NCBI GenBank assembly: GCA_001643675.2
Contig: LSRY02000024.1
Coordinates: 248,001-312,000 of the forward strand
Direction of reading: 5' to 3'
Length of the DNA: 64,000 nt
DNA from: Monocercomonoides exilis PA203
Taxonomy: Eukaryota; Protista; Preaxostyla
Both the position numbers and the translations under genes were made by a program. The notes under the pieces were generated by a model. It did not search any database, was not told where the DNA came from, and saw only the letters and a program-made list of their open reading frames with translations. This document shows positions 12,824 to 25,839 of the stretch, piece by piece (position 1 is the first letter of the stretch; every line of letters starts with the position of its first letter).

Positions 12824-15248
12824 CTACTCAAACGAGCATTCCTCTTCTCTCTCCATCCCGCTCAGCACTTGTGTGTGCTGTGAGTAATTCAATTCTTCCA
12901 TCTCCTTCTGCTGCCTCAGCCTCTCCTCATCTTCATCGTTCGCATCTTCCTCTTCCGCTTTCGCCCTTCTTTCTTCTTCTTCCCTCTCTTTCAGCAGCCG
13001 TTCTCTTTCTTGCTTCCATTCTTCCTCCATCTTCTCCCTCATCTCTTTCCTTTCCTCAAAAAACTTTCTCTTCAGCTCTTCTTCTTCCATCTCAAATCGT
13101 CTTCTTCTCTCTTCTCGCTTCTTCCGTTCCTCTTCTTCCTCTTCTTTCCTAATTCTTTCTTCTTCTTCCTTTCTTTTTCTCTCTTCTTCCTCCTCTTTCT
13201 TCTTCCTCTCTTCTTCTTCTTTCCTAATTCTTTCTTCTTCTTCCTTTCTTTTTCTCTCTTCTTCCTCCTTTTGTTTTCTTTCTTCTTCTTCTTTTCTTAA
13301 TCTTTCCTCCTCTTCTCTTCTTTTTCTTTCTTCTTCCTCTTTTCTCAACCTTTCTTCTTCCTCTTCTTTTCGTTTTCTCTCTTCTTCTTCTCTTCTTCTT
13401 CTCTCCTCCTCTTCTTGTTTAAGTCTTTCTTCTTCTTCTCTCTTCTTTCTTTCCTCTTCTTCTTTCTTCTTCCTCTCTTCCTCTTCCTTCCTCTTCCTTT
13501 CTTCTTCCTCTTTTCTAAGCCTTTCTTCTTCTTCCTTTCTCTTCCTTTCCTCTTCCTCTTTCCTTATTCGCTCTTCTTCTTCTCGCTTTAATCTTTCCTC
13601 CTCTTCCTTCCTCTTTCTCTCTTCTTCTTCTTTTCTTCTTCTTTCTTCTTCTTCTTTCTTTTTCCTTTCCTCTTCTTCTTTTCTTAATCGTTCCTCTTCT
13701 TCTTTCCTCTTCCTTTCCTCTTCTTCCTTTCGTTTTCTCTCTTCTTCCTCTTTCTTCTTCCTTTCTTCTTCCTCCTCTCTTCTCTTCCTCTCTTCTTCCT
13801 CTTTTCTTAAGCGCTCTTCCTCCTCTTCCTTCTTCCTCTCCTCTTCTTCTCTTCTCAATCTCTCCTCTTCTTCTTTGCGTTTTCTTTCCTCTTCCTCTTC
13901 CTTCCTCTTCCTTTCTTCTTCCTCTTTTCTAAGCCTTTCTTCTTCTTCTTTTCTCTTCTTCTCTTCCTCCTCTTTCCTCTTCCTCTCCTCCTCTTCTCGT
14001 TTCAATCTTTCTTCCTCCTCTTTTCTTAATCGTTCTTCTTCTTCCCTTTTAAGTCTTTCCTCTTCTTCCTTTCGTTTTCTTTCTTCTTCTTCTTCTTTCC
14101 TCTTTCTCTCTTCTTCCTCTTTTCTTATTCGTTCTTCCTCTTCTTTCTTCTTTCTTTCTTCTTCTTCTCGCTTAATTCTTTCTTCCTCTTTTCTCTTCTT
14201 CTCCTCTTCTTCTTCTTTTCTCTTCCTCTCTTCTTCTTCTTTTTTAAGTCTTTCTTCTTCCTCCTTCCTAATTCGTTCTTCTTCTTCTTCTTTCTTTTTC
14301 CTTTCTTCTTCTTCTTTTCTCAATCTCTCTTCTTCCTCTTCTTCTTTTCTTGTTCGTTCCTCTTGAATTTTTTCTTCTTCTTCCATTTTCTTCTTCTCTT
14401 CTTCATTTTCTGAGAAATCATTGTCCTTGTGAATAAACGATTGCGAATTATCGCCTAATTGCTCATCTGATTGTGCGCTATCTGTTTTATTATCGGAAGA
14501 TGAGCTTAAGTCCTCGGAACATTTATTTTTCTGTTCTTGATCCAAATTCTTTTTTTATTACAATAAGAAAATGAAAATTATTACAAATAAAATTATAGAA
14601 AAAATAAAAATCCTTCATGCATCAAACTGGAGAAGTTAATCTCTTCCTGAGAATTGGTAGAAAACAAATTATCATTGCTAAAATACAAACATTCATTCCA
14701 TTTTGAAAAAAAATGATTGGATGCACACTTAAAATATAAATAAATAAAACAGTATGGCTAATCATCATTGAAATGGAAGCTAATGTACTTATTACAATTA
14801 TGATAAAAGCTTTTGTTTTCTGAAATTTATTGTTCTTCAAATCATCCAGAAATTTCCCCAAAAGATGTTGATAAAAGGAAAAATCTTCTTTTGCTCCTTT
14901 TAGCCCTTCATTTATTCTAAAAAATCAATGGAATGTTATTTCAATCATTAAACTTTAAGCACCAAACTGAACAGATGACGCATTGAGCATTTCGAATTTG
15001 TAAAACATCACAATTAGACATATATCAATAATAACTACAAATGCAATAGATGCAAGGATATTCCAAGTTGAATTTGCCATAAACCTATGATTCCGAATAT
15101 CAACCTTTAATGACAATTTGAAAGAAATCTTTTTTTCATACAAAAAAGAAAAATGTATAAGCGCCATCAGCATGATAAAATGAACTGGAAAGTCCAAAAT
15201 AAGTGTTTTCCATAGAAATCCGACAGCGTACAGATATATATTTTCCAT
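12824..15248 (-). CDS. Multi-pass membrane protein with a long C-terminal ER/K single-alpha-helix (SAH) tail; three exons (~15248..14965, ~14917..14628, ~14548..12824)
   Basis: ATG at 15248. Hydrophobic segments lie in ORFs 14955..15248 and 14622..14861, separated by short GT-AG introns. About 450 aa of EEE(E)RK(R/K)K repeats follow, ending in TAG at 12824. Confidence 0.7.
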
Positions 15249-16898
15249 ATTTTCGAGATTAAAATAAGTGTTTCATTAATTATGGTATTGAAAAAAAAGA
15301 AAGAAAAAAAAGAAAAAATAAAAAGAAAAGATAGAAAGAAAGAAAAAGAAAGAAAGAAAGAAAGATAAAAAGAATAAAGAAAAAAAGATAAAAAGAAAAA
15401 AAGAAAAAAAGATAAAAAGATAAAAAGATAAAAAGATAAAAAGAAAAAAAGATAAAAAGATAAACAGAAAAAAAAAAAAGAAAGAAAGACAAAAAGAAAT
15501 AAAAAGACTTAATAGTATAATCAAAAATACTTATTCCCACACAAATCTGCAAGATGTTATATATTTTTTTTCGGAACATAAAAACAAACTCTATTCAATT
15601 TGAAAAAAAAATTTTAATTGAAAAAGATTATCGGAAAAAATTCGAACTTTGAATTCTTTTTATGTGTGAATTGATTTTTTTGATTGAAAATAATATTTTT
15701 TTATTATCAGCTTGGTTGATTATTTTCGAAATCATAACTTTTTTCGGAGTGTTGAAAATTTTGAAAATTTCAAGCAATAGAAAATATTATTTTCATTGAA
15801 ATGTTTGATTCATCTCAATGTTCTTAATTAAAAATGGATGATGAAAAATAATTACAGAGATGTTTTGAACTAGAGTTTTCACTTTTTTGTGTTCATTAAC
15901 AAGCATTAGAAGTGAAAATTCAAACAGAAATTTTTATAAAAAATATTATGATTTCAAAAAATAATTTCCCATGTGATTTTATTCGAACAAAAGTCCCTGA
16001 ACACCATTCATAATGCAAATAAGGAAAACTTTTTATTCGAAATGTCAAATTTTATTTTGAAAAATACCTTTTGTTTTATTTTCAAACAAGTCAGAATTAT
16101 TACACAATTTTTTTGAAAAGTTCCTTTTGTTAAACTTTCATATGAGATGATAATCTTATATTTTCATCATTTTTTTGTTCCCACTCACTTAATTACACTA
16201 TAATTGAGATAAAACCTAAACAATGGAATTATTTTCTTTTCAGAATAGTTACGTAAGCGGGAACAGAAATTTGAGAAAATATGAATTATTTGTTTCAAAC
16301 CTCTGTGGCATGACAAAAGAAAATTGAAACAAAGACAAAATGACTGACATAATATTTTCGATTTGTCAAAAATGGTTTATTTTCAACAATTTCACAATTC
16401 TTAAAAACAAAAATAAATAATTCGAAAATCGATATACAAGGATTTTTATTATTTAGAAAAAATTAAATTATTAATAAATGTGATCAAGTTCCCATCATAT
16501 GTTTTGTTGGCAGGAAATGTCTGCAGATAAATTTTTTTGTCATTATTTGTCATTAATTGTCACTGACAAAAGAGAAAAGACAGATATTTCAGACACTAAC
16601 AACAAATTTTTTCCAAAGCTCTTTGTGTTGTTTTTTAAAGTTTTCGAGATTATTTGTATTTTTTGTATCATTTTTTATTAATTTATTAATAAATTAATAG
16701 AACTATTCCACATTTATTTTAGTATTTCAATTTGAATATATTCAAAATAAAATATATCAATTTTATTCAATTCATCTGAAATCAAATTAGTTTTGATTGA
16801 CTCAATTCAAAATTCAAAAATTCAGGGAAAATGATTATTTAAGAAGAATTGAAATAATGGTCAAAATTGTTATTAACAAACATTTCTGATAATTCATC

Positions 16899-17860
16899 AT
16901 GTCTCAAAATCCTTAATTATTAATTTTCGAACATTTAGAACAAAGAAATGCAATACCAAATCAATAACATGATGAAAAAGATTCAGTTCCACCAAGTTTA
17001 ATAAACTCAGTATTAAAAAAATTTACAGTATCATCAATTGCAATTTTTTCGACTGATAGGCGTTGCTCGTTCAGAGTTCACCATTCTTTAATGTCTTCTT
17101 TCCGATTATTCACACCCATAACGAGGAAGAACAAAAGCAATTAATTCTCTTGAAGAATAGCTCCTTTTTCTTCTCAACTTTCTTCATCATGGATCTTGCA
17201 CATACACTCATCTTCTTGCTAAGCCAAGACATTCATCTCAAACATCAACAGTTCATCTTCTTCATTCTTTTGTTGAAAAATTGATAAATCAACTTTCACA
17301 ATTGTTCATTTCATTCAAACCAGAAAGAATAACAGGATATGATAATGAAGGCATTGTTGTTGATTGCACAGTTAAACATTTTTCTTGTTCAAAAGGAATA
17401 TTGGAATTTGGAAAAAAATATTTCTGTGGTAATTGTCAAATGTATTGCGAAAAATCGGAGGTGGGTATTATCCCAGGTTGGGAACAGTCAGCACTTTCAG
17501 TTCTGTGAGCACAGGTTCTACTCATGACTTCACTATATTTAAGGATCATTATCCAACTTATCAATCTCCACTTGGAGGAGCAAAAATTCTAGCAGATTCA
17601 GCAAACATCGGTGCAAAGTCCGAATTAAAAGCATCTATAACAAAACCTGTTGGAACTCCTGAGTCAGCATCTCAAAGAGTTGTTGTTGAAAGATTTTTCG
17701 GATAGTTGAAAACATCGTTCACAATTATTCGTCTACAGTTTGTTTTTGATAAATTAAAAGTTTCTGATTATTTGTTAGTGGCATGTAGCTTAATCTTTCA
17801 TATACTGCACAATCCACCTTCATTTTGTGATTCTGAAGCAAACACTCGAATTTTTGAATG
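16899..17860 (+). pseudogene. Decayed DDE_Tnp_4 (PIF/Harbinger / ISL2EU, IS5-like) transposase
   Basis: Stop- and frameshift-interrupted translation shows an HTH-like N-terminus (FFRLIGVARSEF..RGRTKAINSLEE*LLFLLNFLHHG) and catalytic motifs GIVVDCT (D1), GSTHDFTIF, ILADS (D2) and QRVVVERFFG*LK (E). Confidence 0.8.
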
Positions 17861-20800
17861 ATGTTTTGAGGGAGAAAACTGAAATGAAAGAAGCAAAAAG
17901 AAAAGCGAAAGAAAGATGTATTGCCAAAAAAAGAATACACTTTATCCTGGAACTTCCATTGAACCCAACATTTCCATTAATATCGAGGGAATATGAGTCT
18001 TATTTTTCGTTATTTTTGCAATAATTGAATATTTCATTAAATGAAAATTTCAAAAATCCTTTTCGATTTTCATTTAACCGTATTTGTTGTTTTCGATTAT
18101 TCTGTTATGGATAATTTGGGTGATTTTTTTTGATATCATAAAAAATTCCGACGTTTGATCAAAAATTTTTTCCATTAAAGGTGGGGTTGAATCGAAAATA
18201 TTTTTGTTTAATTATGCGAAAATATACATAATTATATTATTATTATTGTTTATTTTTCGTTTTTAATTTATTTCCAATTGTTATTATTACAAATTTTGAA
18301 AAAAACTTAAAACATTACCAAAAAATATCAAAATTTCAATAAACAGAACAAAACCAAAGTTTGCTGGTTTAAAAAACATGAAAACAACAATTACACTACA
18401 TAAGTAATCAATTTCTTGAACAAAAAACTGTTTAATAATATTTTTGAAATAAAAATAAGTTGAAATCGATAAACATAAAATGAGAACATTCAATTTTCAG
18501 CGTTTAATCATCTGAATAGCTGACCCACCTTTTCAACAGCCTTTTCTCCATCAAATGCTTCAATTTCTTGCTCTTCTAAATTTTGTAATATTTGTGTTTT
18601 CTGTTTTGCTTCCATCTTTCTCGATAAAAAACAGATTGTTTTCCCTCAGAAATTTATAGTTCTAATTCCCTTCTCAATTTACACATCATGCAGGCTTTCC
18701 ATATGAATCTGCTGCCTCAATTCGATGATCAGCCTTAACAATGAGATATCCAGCTTTCATTCATTTTCATTCATATCCATATCCTGCTCTGAAAAAAACA
18801 CAAAAACAGTCAAAAGGCTAGTATTTATATAAAGAAAAATAAAATAATACCAAATTGCGCTTCGACTGTTTTTTGCTATTTGGTGCATCTCCACAGCTAT
18901 TATCATTCAAAAAGTAATCTCTTTATTTCAATTTCAGAATGGTCAAATTGCAGCTTAGAATGTGTTTCCACAAAATACATTGTATATTTCACTGGAGGGT
19001 CTTTTCAGCCCGTACACGTTGTCATGGATGTCCAGAGGGGTTTTTTCTATTTTTGGCATGATCATCTCCTTTAATAATATTCTCAACCACCAAAAGAAGA
19101 ATAACTCGTTTATCTCATCAACACCATGCATAGGAGGGATATGGTGCAGGGAAGAGATGGAAGAGAATTATTTGAAGCAGGGGGTGGGAGTTGAGTGTTT
19201 TTTAGAATGTTAATATTTCGAGAAAGGTATTTTTTGAATAAACAAAATTTGGAGACAGAGGGATGTGGAAGGGCATGTGGAGATTTGTAGAGGAAAATGT
19301 AGAAAATATATAGAGAAGTGACTGAGGACGATGAAAGAGGACTGATTGGTGATTGGAGAAATAAATTTTGAAAAAAAGGAAAAGAGGGCAAAGGCTGGAA
19401 AGAAGAAGAATATTCTGAAATGTTCATATGAAAGAGGGGTATTTTTCATGAGAGAAGAAGAATATTTTTAGGAAGAAAATGGGAAAGATGAAGAAAAGGA
19501 GGGGATTGATATTTACTGATGATTTTGGGGGTTGACGGAAGAGGAAAATGGAACATAAAGAGATTTAAGAGTAATTGTCATTTTCTATTTTTGAGGGGAA
19601 AAAAAGGAAATCGCAAAAAGAAAGTGAATCGATTTTGAAGAAATCCAACTTGATTGACTTCCACAATCTGTTCTTCACATATTTTGTGATTGAATTTTTC
19701 AAACCAATCTGAAACTTATACAGCAAGCGAGCCATTTTGGCCAATCAACAACTTCATACAAATTATTCTCAACATCATAAATATCGTTCGACTGATTCCG
19801 CATTTCTCAACTGCATCTTTTTCTTCGTCTTCTTCTTCGTCGTCGTCTTCTGATAAACCTTCTTCATTAAATCGATCATCTTCCTCATTTCTCGATCTCC
19901 AAACACAAAATTCGCCTTCTCACAATTCACTTGCTTATTCAGCGACAAGCACACATGCTATGAATCACATTGCCAAAAATACACAAAATCTTCTTTAGTC
20001 AAATATTGCTTCTTCTTCTTCTTCTTCTTCTTCTTCTTCTTCTTCTTCTTCGCCTTCGTTTTCGTATTCTTCTTGACATTCTTTACATTTTTTGTCATCA
20101 ACCTCATCAGATGTTTTGTACATTTATATTTTTCGTACAAACAGGTCAGAAACATTTTCTGTTTGTGGCAAGAATTGTAAGATAATCACTCAAAAGCTGC
20201 TAAAGATTGGGGGATATCCGATTTTATTGATAAGCTTGAATCTGCCTGTTAAAAATATTGTGATTACAGTTAACTGCTCCTTCGAAGTTTTCTTTTCAAA
20301 CACAATATTTTGTCCAATCAATGAAATCATATGAAATCATATCAGCATCTTCTTCGAAAATATTTAAAAATAATAAATGGATTTCTCTGTAACTGCATGC
20401 ATTCACCTTCCTCCTCTTTTTCAATGATATTTCCTCTCACTTCGTATTGGATCATTCCATCTTCCTTGGAATGAATATGAGCTGTTCAATCAACAACCAG
20501 ATAATTCACCATAATAAATATTTCATTCAGTTTGCCTTCTCTTATCATCATTATCATCGCAGTCAATGCATTCTGCAGCTTCGCTGAATGTGCATTTGAA
20601 CTGTTTTCCTCTTCCTCAGAGGCGTATTCCGCTCTGCTTCAGCACTTCGTACGGCTTCCGCGCTCCGGCTGTGCAAAACAGAGTGAATGAGGTGAATGGG
20701 CATCGAATGAGAAATGGCAGTGGAAGAGAGAAGGGGCTGCCAGCACATCGCAATGATCCACTAACTTTATGACGCCACCAAGGAGCAAAGAGCGAGGAGT

Positions 20801-21749
20801 GCGCGATCAAATGAAAGAGGCAAAGAGAGCGGAGTACAGTAGCAAGATGAACGCGGTGCAGAATAAAGGAAGACAGCAGGAAGAGCCTAAGGCGAAGACG
20901 AAGACGAACGAGAAAGACGAGTTTTGCACATCGCAAATTGACGCTTTCGAAACAGGGCTTCCACAGGCAGTAACAGAAAGGAGGAGGAGGGACAGGGGAA
21001 GAGAAGAAGGAGGTGACGATGAAGATGAACAGCAGCAAACATTTTACTCGTTCGGCAGCACACCCTCATCTGCCCAGCTGCACACTCAAAACATCACAGC
21101 CTCCTCAACATTTGCTTCTCCTCCTTTTTCTCCCTTGCCACACACACAATTGTCTTCCCCTTCTGTTCTTGTTGGAACTTCTCCAGGGCCACTCAATCAT
21201 TCATCTCAGCCACATACCCCTCTTCTCTCGCACAAAAGTCCATCTGCACATCCAGCCCAATCTTTGCCTCTTCCTCTCTTTGTTCTTCTATTTCCTCCTT
21301 CTCGCTGCTCATCCCTTGTGGGATACTTGGAAAGAACATATAATGCAATGCGGATGTATTTGTGAGCAGCAGCGTGTAAGCTACGAGAGATGTGTTTTAG
21401 CAACAGAGCATCCTTCTGATCTCTGAAGCATTTGTAGCCAGCTGGGGGTTTGGGTGGATATTAAGGAGGAGAAGGGAGAAAGAGGTATTTGACAGAGACA
21501 TTCGAAAGGCTAAGAATGAATGATTTTCAAAAGAGAAACTGAAAAGAGCTGAAACGAAGAATAAGCCCGTTACGACACTATCAACGTTTTGTTTTGATTT
21601 TCTTCCTGAAATCAAAAAACGAAAAAGGATTCAGCAGCAAATTATTGAAACGCCATTCACTTTCTCAACATTTACTTCTGCAAGCACAACATCTTCATTC
21701 ACTTCTTCTTCATTTCCCATTTCTTCTTTCTTCTTCTTCTTCCTTCTCA

Positions 21750-22360
21750 TCATCTTTTTTCCCCTTATCCTCTTCTGCCTCTTCTCGCTCCTCAAGTTCT
21801 GCTGGCGTAATAGCTGCTGGTGATAGAACCACAGCCTCCATTTTCAGCACCGCCTTCTCCATCCCCTTCTCTTCAGCTTCTTCCTTGCATTTCATTTTAT
21901 CCCTCGCCCAATCACCTCATCGTCTATTTTCGTTATAAGACGCATCGACTGCGGTGATAAAAACTCCATCAACACTGTCGCAGATAGAAGCAGCGAAAGG
22001 ACAGACAGATTGTAACCTTCAAGAACGAATTCGCATCCACTGCAGAACAGATATTTGCTCTCAGATTTCGTTCACATCGAAGCAGCAAACGAAAGAATCT
22101 GCTCCATTTGCAAAACAGAAAGCATCTCCGAAAGCACCACGTATCAGACACACGTGATAACCACACACAGCATATTGTATATTACCACATCATATACCCG
22201 TGGCGACAGTGGCAGCAGCGACAGCTGCACGCAACTCAAATTCACCTCAGCCGCCTTTCGATATCGTCAATTGCTGCTGCTAACGTATATGTTGCTGACA
22301 AGACCGACGCACACGAAGGGTCAATCGCAGGCACTTATGATGAAGATGAAGATGGCTAAT
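21750..22360. repeat. Dispersed GC-richer repeat, copy 1 (inverted relative to the copy at ~35300..35900)
   Basis: Both copies share translated strings: VVLSPAAI...LEEREEAEE, AAxGQTDC, AKQKASPKAP and GSIAGxxDEDED. Confidence 0.75.
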
Positions 22361-23789
22361 CATCTTCTGTAACCTTTTTCTCTTCGCTTCTTCGCCTCCT
22401 GAATTGCGAAATAGATCTCCACGCTGCTCCACTTGAAGAAAGATGAAAAAGAAGAATAAAGAACGAAGAATGAAGAATGAAGATGAATGAATAGAAGAAG
22501 CAGAAGAACGTCTATCAAAGTTCGAGAATAACTTGGAATTTTTTTGTTCAAAGCGAAGATTCCGAAAGAGACAAGTGAAAATGTTCCCAAAATCTGATAA
22601 ATCGGAACATTTTGTGAGAAAATTGAAGAATACAATTTTTCTGTCAGCTCAATAATTGAAGGATCTGTCTCTTTCTCACTATTCCCCAGCATTTCCATGT
22701 ATCTATCTGTTTGTCATTTGTAGTTAAATGAATAACCTTTAACATTTCTATCATTTTCATTGGCAAAATATCCTTATTCCTCCTTCTCCTTCTCCTTCTC
22801 CTTCCTCTTCCTCTTCCTTCGTTCACCTCTTCGATCACGCAGAACCGGCTGATCTTCATGTCAGGAAAGAGTCCACATTCTGAAGTTTGTTGATTTCTGT
22901 GTGCCAAGTTGACGCTGCTCATGGAGCAGCTGAACTTGTTGAAGGAGTTGAAGGAGAAGGTGTTTGCGAGAGAGGTGAGGTGGAATATGTTGTGGTTGTG
23001 AAAAGTGAGACCGTTGATGAACGTGTGGTTGAAGAAGAGGGAGCTGACTGAGAGGAGAAGATAATAAAGAAAATGAACGAAGTGAATTCGCAGAAAAAAC
23101 TTAATGGCTCTTTTTTCGTTTGAGAAGCGATAAAAGGATGTCATGAGATGAATGGAGAGAAAAGTGTTGGAGATAAAAGAATACAGCATGGGCAACATTA
23201 TCAAATGGGGGATTCAGATGAAGGAGAGCAGAAACTAAAGAAAGATGGGCAGCGGATAAAGAAGAATGCCAGAATATCATTTCATAAGAATAATTAGGAA
23301 AGAAAAGTGGAATTGACTCTGTTGTGATCTTCGATTGTAATTTCTCCTCCATTTTGTTCATTGTTTTATAAAGTCGTTGGAATGAACTGCTGGAGCAGGA
23401 ACTTGGTGATGATGTTTCAGATCAATAAATATAAAAAAACATTGCATCCAATTTTAAAAAAACTAATTATGGATTTTAATATCTATCTGTATTATTTTTA
23501 AATTTATTAGTACTGTTCAGTTAGTCTTGAAACTTCTATTTTTCTTTAAATGATTGATTTTGCACTTTTTTAATGAACTTGATCATAAAAATCCATTTTC
23601 AACAAAAACATTAAAAAGGTATGTAATTTTTGTATATATAAATTAAACAAATATATATTGCAGAAATAAAAGCTCAATATTCATGAAAAATCAATGTAAC
23701 TCTTTGATCAAAAAAATACCACAATTGATTCCATTTTTTCGATTTTTGATCTTTTTTTATGATTTCAAAAAAAATCACCCATTTCGATT

Positions 23790-24030
23790 AACAGAGGCAG
23801 CAAGCGAATGAAAAAAGAAAAAACGAAGTCCAGAAAGTGATAAGTTAAAGAAACGAGAGAAGAGCTAAAATTTTGGATCAAGAAAGACAAAAAGAAGATA
23901 ACGAACAACTTTAACCAGATTATTTTCACTCTTGGCATCTTCCGATGCAACGGAACTCTGTGAATCTCTTTTCAGACATTTTTATAAACACTTTATCTTC
24001 GCAATCGACATATTCATCGATTTCTTCTGT

Positions 24031-24075
<45 letters not shown>

Positions 24076-24434
24076 CTCATCTAATCCTTCAACATCATTA
24101 TTATCGTATTCTCCATATTATGAAACAATTCTATCTTCTGCTTTTTCGATCTTGGAAGATTCTTCAATTTCAGATTCTTTTCGAACAATTTCTATATTAT
24201 CATCTTCAACGTTAATTCCTTCATTGAATTCAACATTTTTCGAATCAATCACCTTTTATATTTCAAATGAGCTCCGAGAACGAAAGAAACTCTTCTTTTT
24301 TGTTCTTTAGCTTCATTTTTAACTCTTTAACAAGAGGGAATCCAATTTCCTGTTTTTTATTCAAAATAAAATACGTTGAATCTTGTTCTCAGTGCTTATT
24401 AATCTTTATATCATTCATTCGTTTTTTATGACAT
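23790..24434 (-). pseudogene. Decayed acidic ORF convergent with the transposase, possibly the element's second ORF
   Basis: The minus strand reads VKELKMKLKNKKEEFLSFSEL..NVEFNEGINVEDDNIEIVRKESEIEE..DEFDDDDD with several stops. It lies ~600 bp inside the right candidate TIR. Confidence 0.35.
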
Positions 24435-25839
24435 GCATCTGATCATTAATAAATAATTATCATTCATAATAAACAACTTTTTTTCGGAAAAAAATTTTGA
24501 TGTTTCAAATAATTGTTTATTGAAATTTCTAAAAGTCCAAATTGTTGTTTTGATGTTTTTTCGAAGTGGTATTAAAAACCAAAGAATTCAAAAGCTGAAA
24601 CGAGATGAAAATGAATATATAATGTTTGTTTTTTTGTTGGAACTATCAACTTCGAAAAAAAAAAGATTTTGTTGAACAGATTCGATCCGAATTAGAAACA
24701 CTTATTCAATTTGATGGTTTGTAAAAATATCGAAAAAAACATTATTAATTAGTTTGAAAAAAGTCTTAATACCCCAAAATGCAAATATCAAACGAAAAAG
24801 AAGAAACAAAGTATTGTCTGTCGAAAGTGGTAAATAACAAAATTTGAAAGTGATCAAGATTCTGATTGAGAAAATTCATATTTTGATTTAATCAAATCAA
24901 ATTAATCCTTTCCAATTCACAATCACTTATTCTTAACAAAAATTATTGATAGAGACAAAAAAGGTCTTATTAATTACACAATTTATTTTCTTTTAATAAA
25001 TTTATTTATTAATTCATTTTTATTTTATTTTTTTGTGACAGACAAATCATTTTATAACTTGTCATGTCACAGATGTGTTATAATAGTAACATAGGTTCAA
25101 TTTCTCATCCATTTTGAAAATAATGAAATAATAAAGTATTTTCAAATTTTTCTATCATTCAACCAAAAACAAAATTTTTTCTAATAATAGATAAATTGTG
25201 AAATAAAAAAATATTTCAAAATAAACCGTTAATTTCAAGATTCCCCACTAATTTTAAATAAAAGGCAATGTTTTTAAGAAAAACCAGTTTTTTTCAATTG
25301 TGACCTAAAAGTCTTGCATTTATCGATAAAACATTTTTTTGCAGGTCGGAGACAAAAACACATCAACATTTAATTTTATGTTATGTCTTTCAAATAAAAA
25401 GCATTTTTTTGTAAGTTTTTCCAAAATTTTGATCATTTTCCTTCGAAAAGGGAAATGAATTATTTTTCCAAAATAATGAATTTTTAAATAAACGCAAATG
25501 CTTATTGAACATTTGCATCCATCTATAAGATACGTTTTTCTTATATCTGTTAAGTTTCGCTTTTTTGATATCGAGAACTTTCCGTTTTTAAGTGAAACAA
25601 TGAAATAATCAAAAACGATTAGTTCATTCCTAATCAACAAACTATATTCAACAATATTAAAAAATATTAATTTGATTTTGAAATTTTTGGATTGATTGAT
25701 ATTTATTTATGTAAATGATCAATTCATTTTCTTTTCATTTTGAAGTTTGCTTGTTGAAAACAAAAATACAGTTAAAACAAGTTTGAGAGCAAATACTTTT
25801 GTTTGTTTCATATGTTTTCATGTTATTTTATTTTCATTT

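Larger units (their letters stand above)
16302..25073. mobile_element. Candidate ~8.8 kb TIR-bounded DNA transposon containing the DDE_Tnp_4 pseudogene and cargo fragments
   Basis: TCTGTGGCATGACAA (16302..16316) and TTGTCATGTCACAGA (25059..25073) form a 15-bp inverted repeat with one mismatch. GACAAA/TTTGTC motifs cluster near both ends. No clear TSD. Confidence 0.45.

Noticed and set aside
12960-14400. Regular ~24-27 bp periodicity resembling a CRISPR or satellite array
   Set aside because: It is the coding repeat of the ER/K helix with synonymous variation; there are no constant repeats with unique spacers.
18175-18540. TTAA-AGGTGGG ... CCCACCT as Kolobok-like MITE ends
   Set aside because: Only a 7-bp inverted match with no TTAA on the right side; expected by chance.
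18500-23400. Several 60-200 aa ORFs (for example 20769..21365 and 22644..23204) as genes
   Set aside because: No recognisable motifs, frequent stops in the most coding-like frames and no consistent exon structure; treated as decayed fragments.
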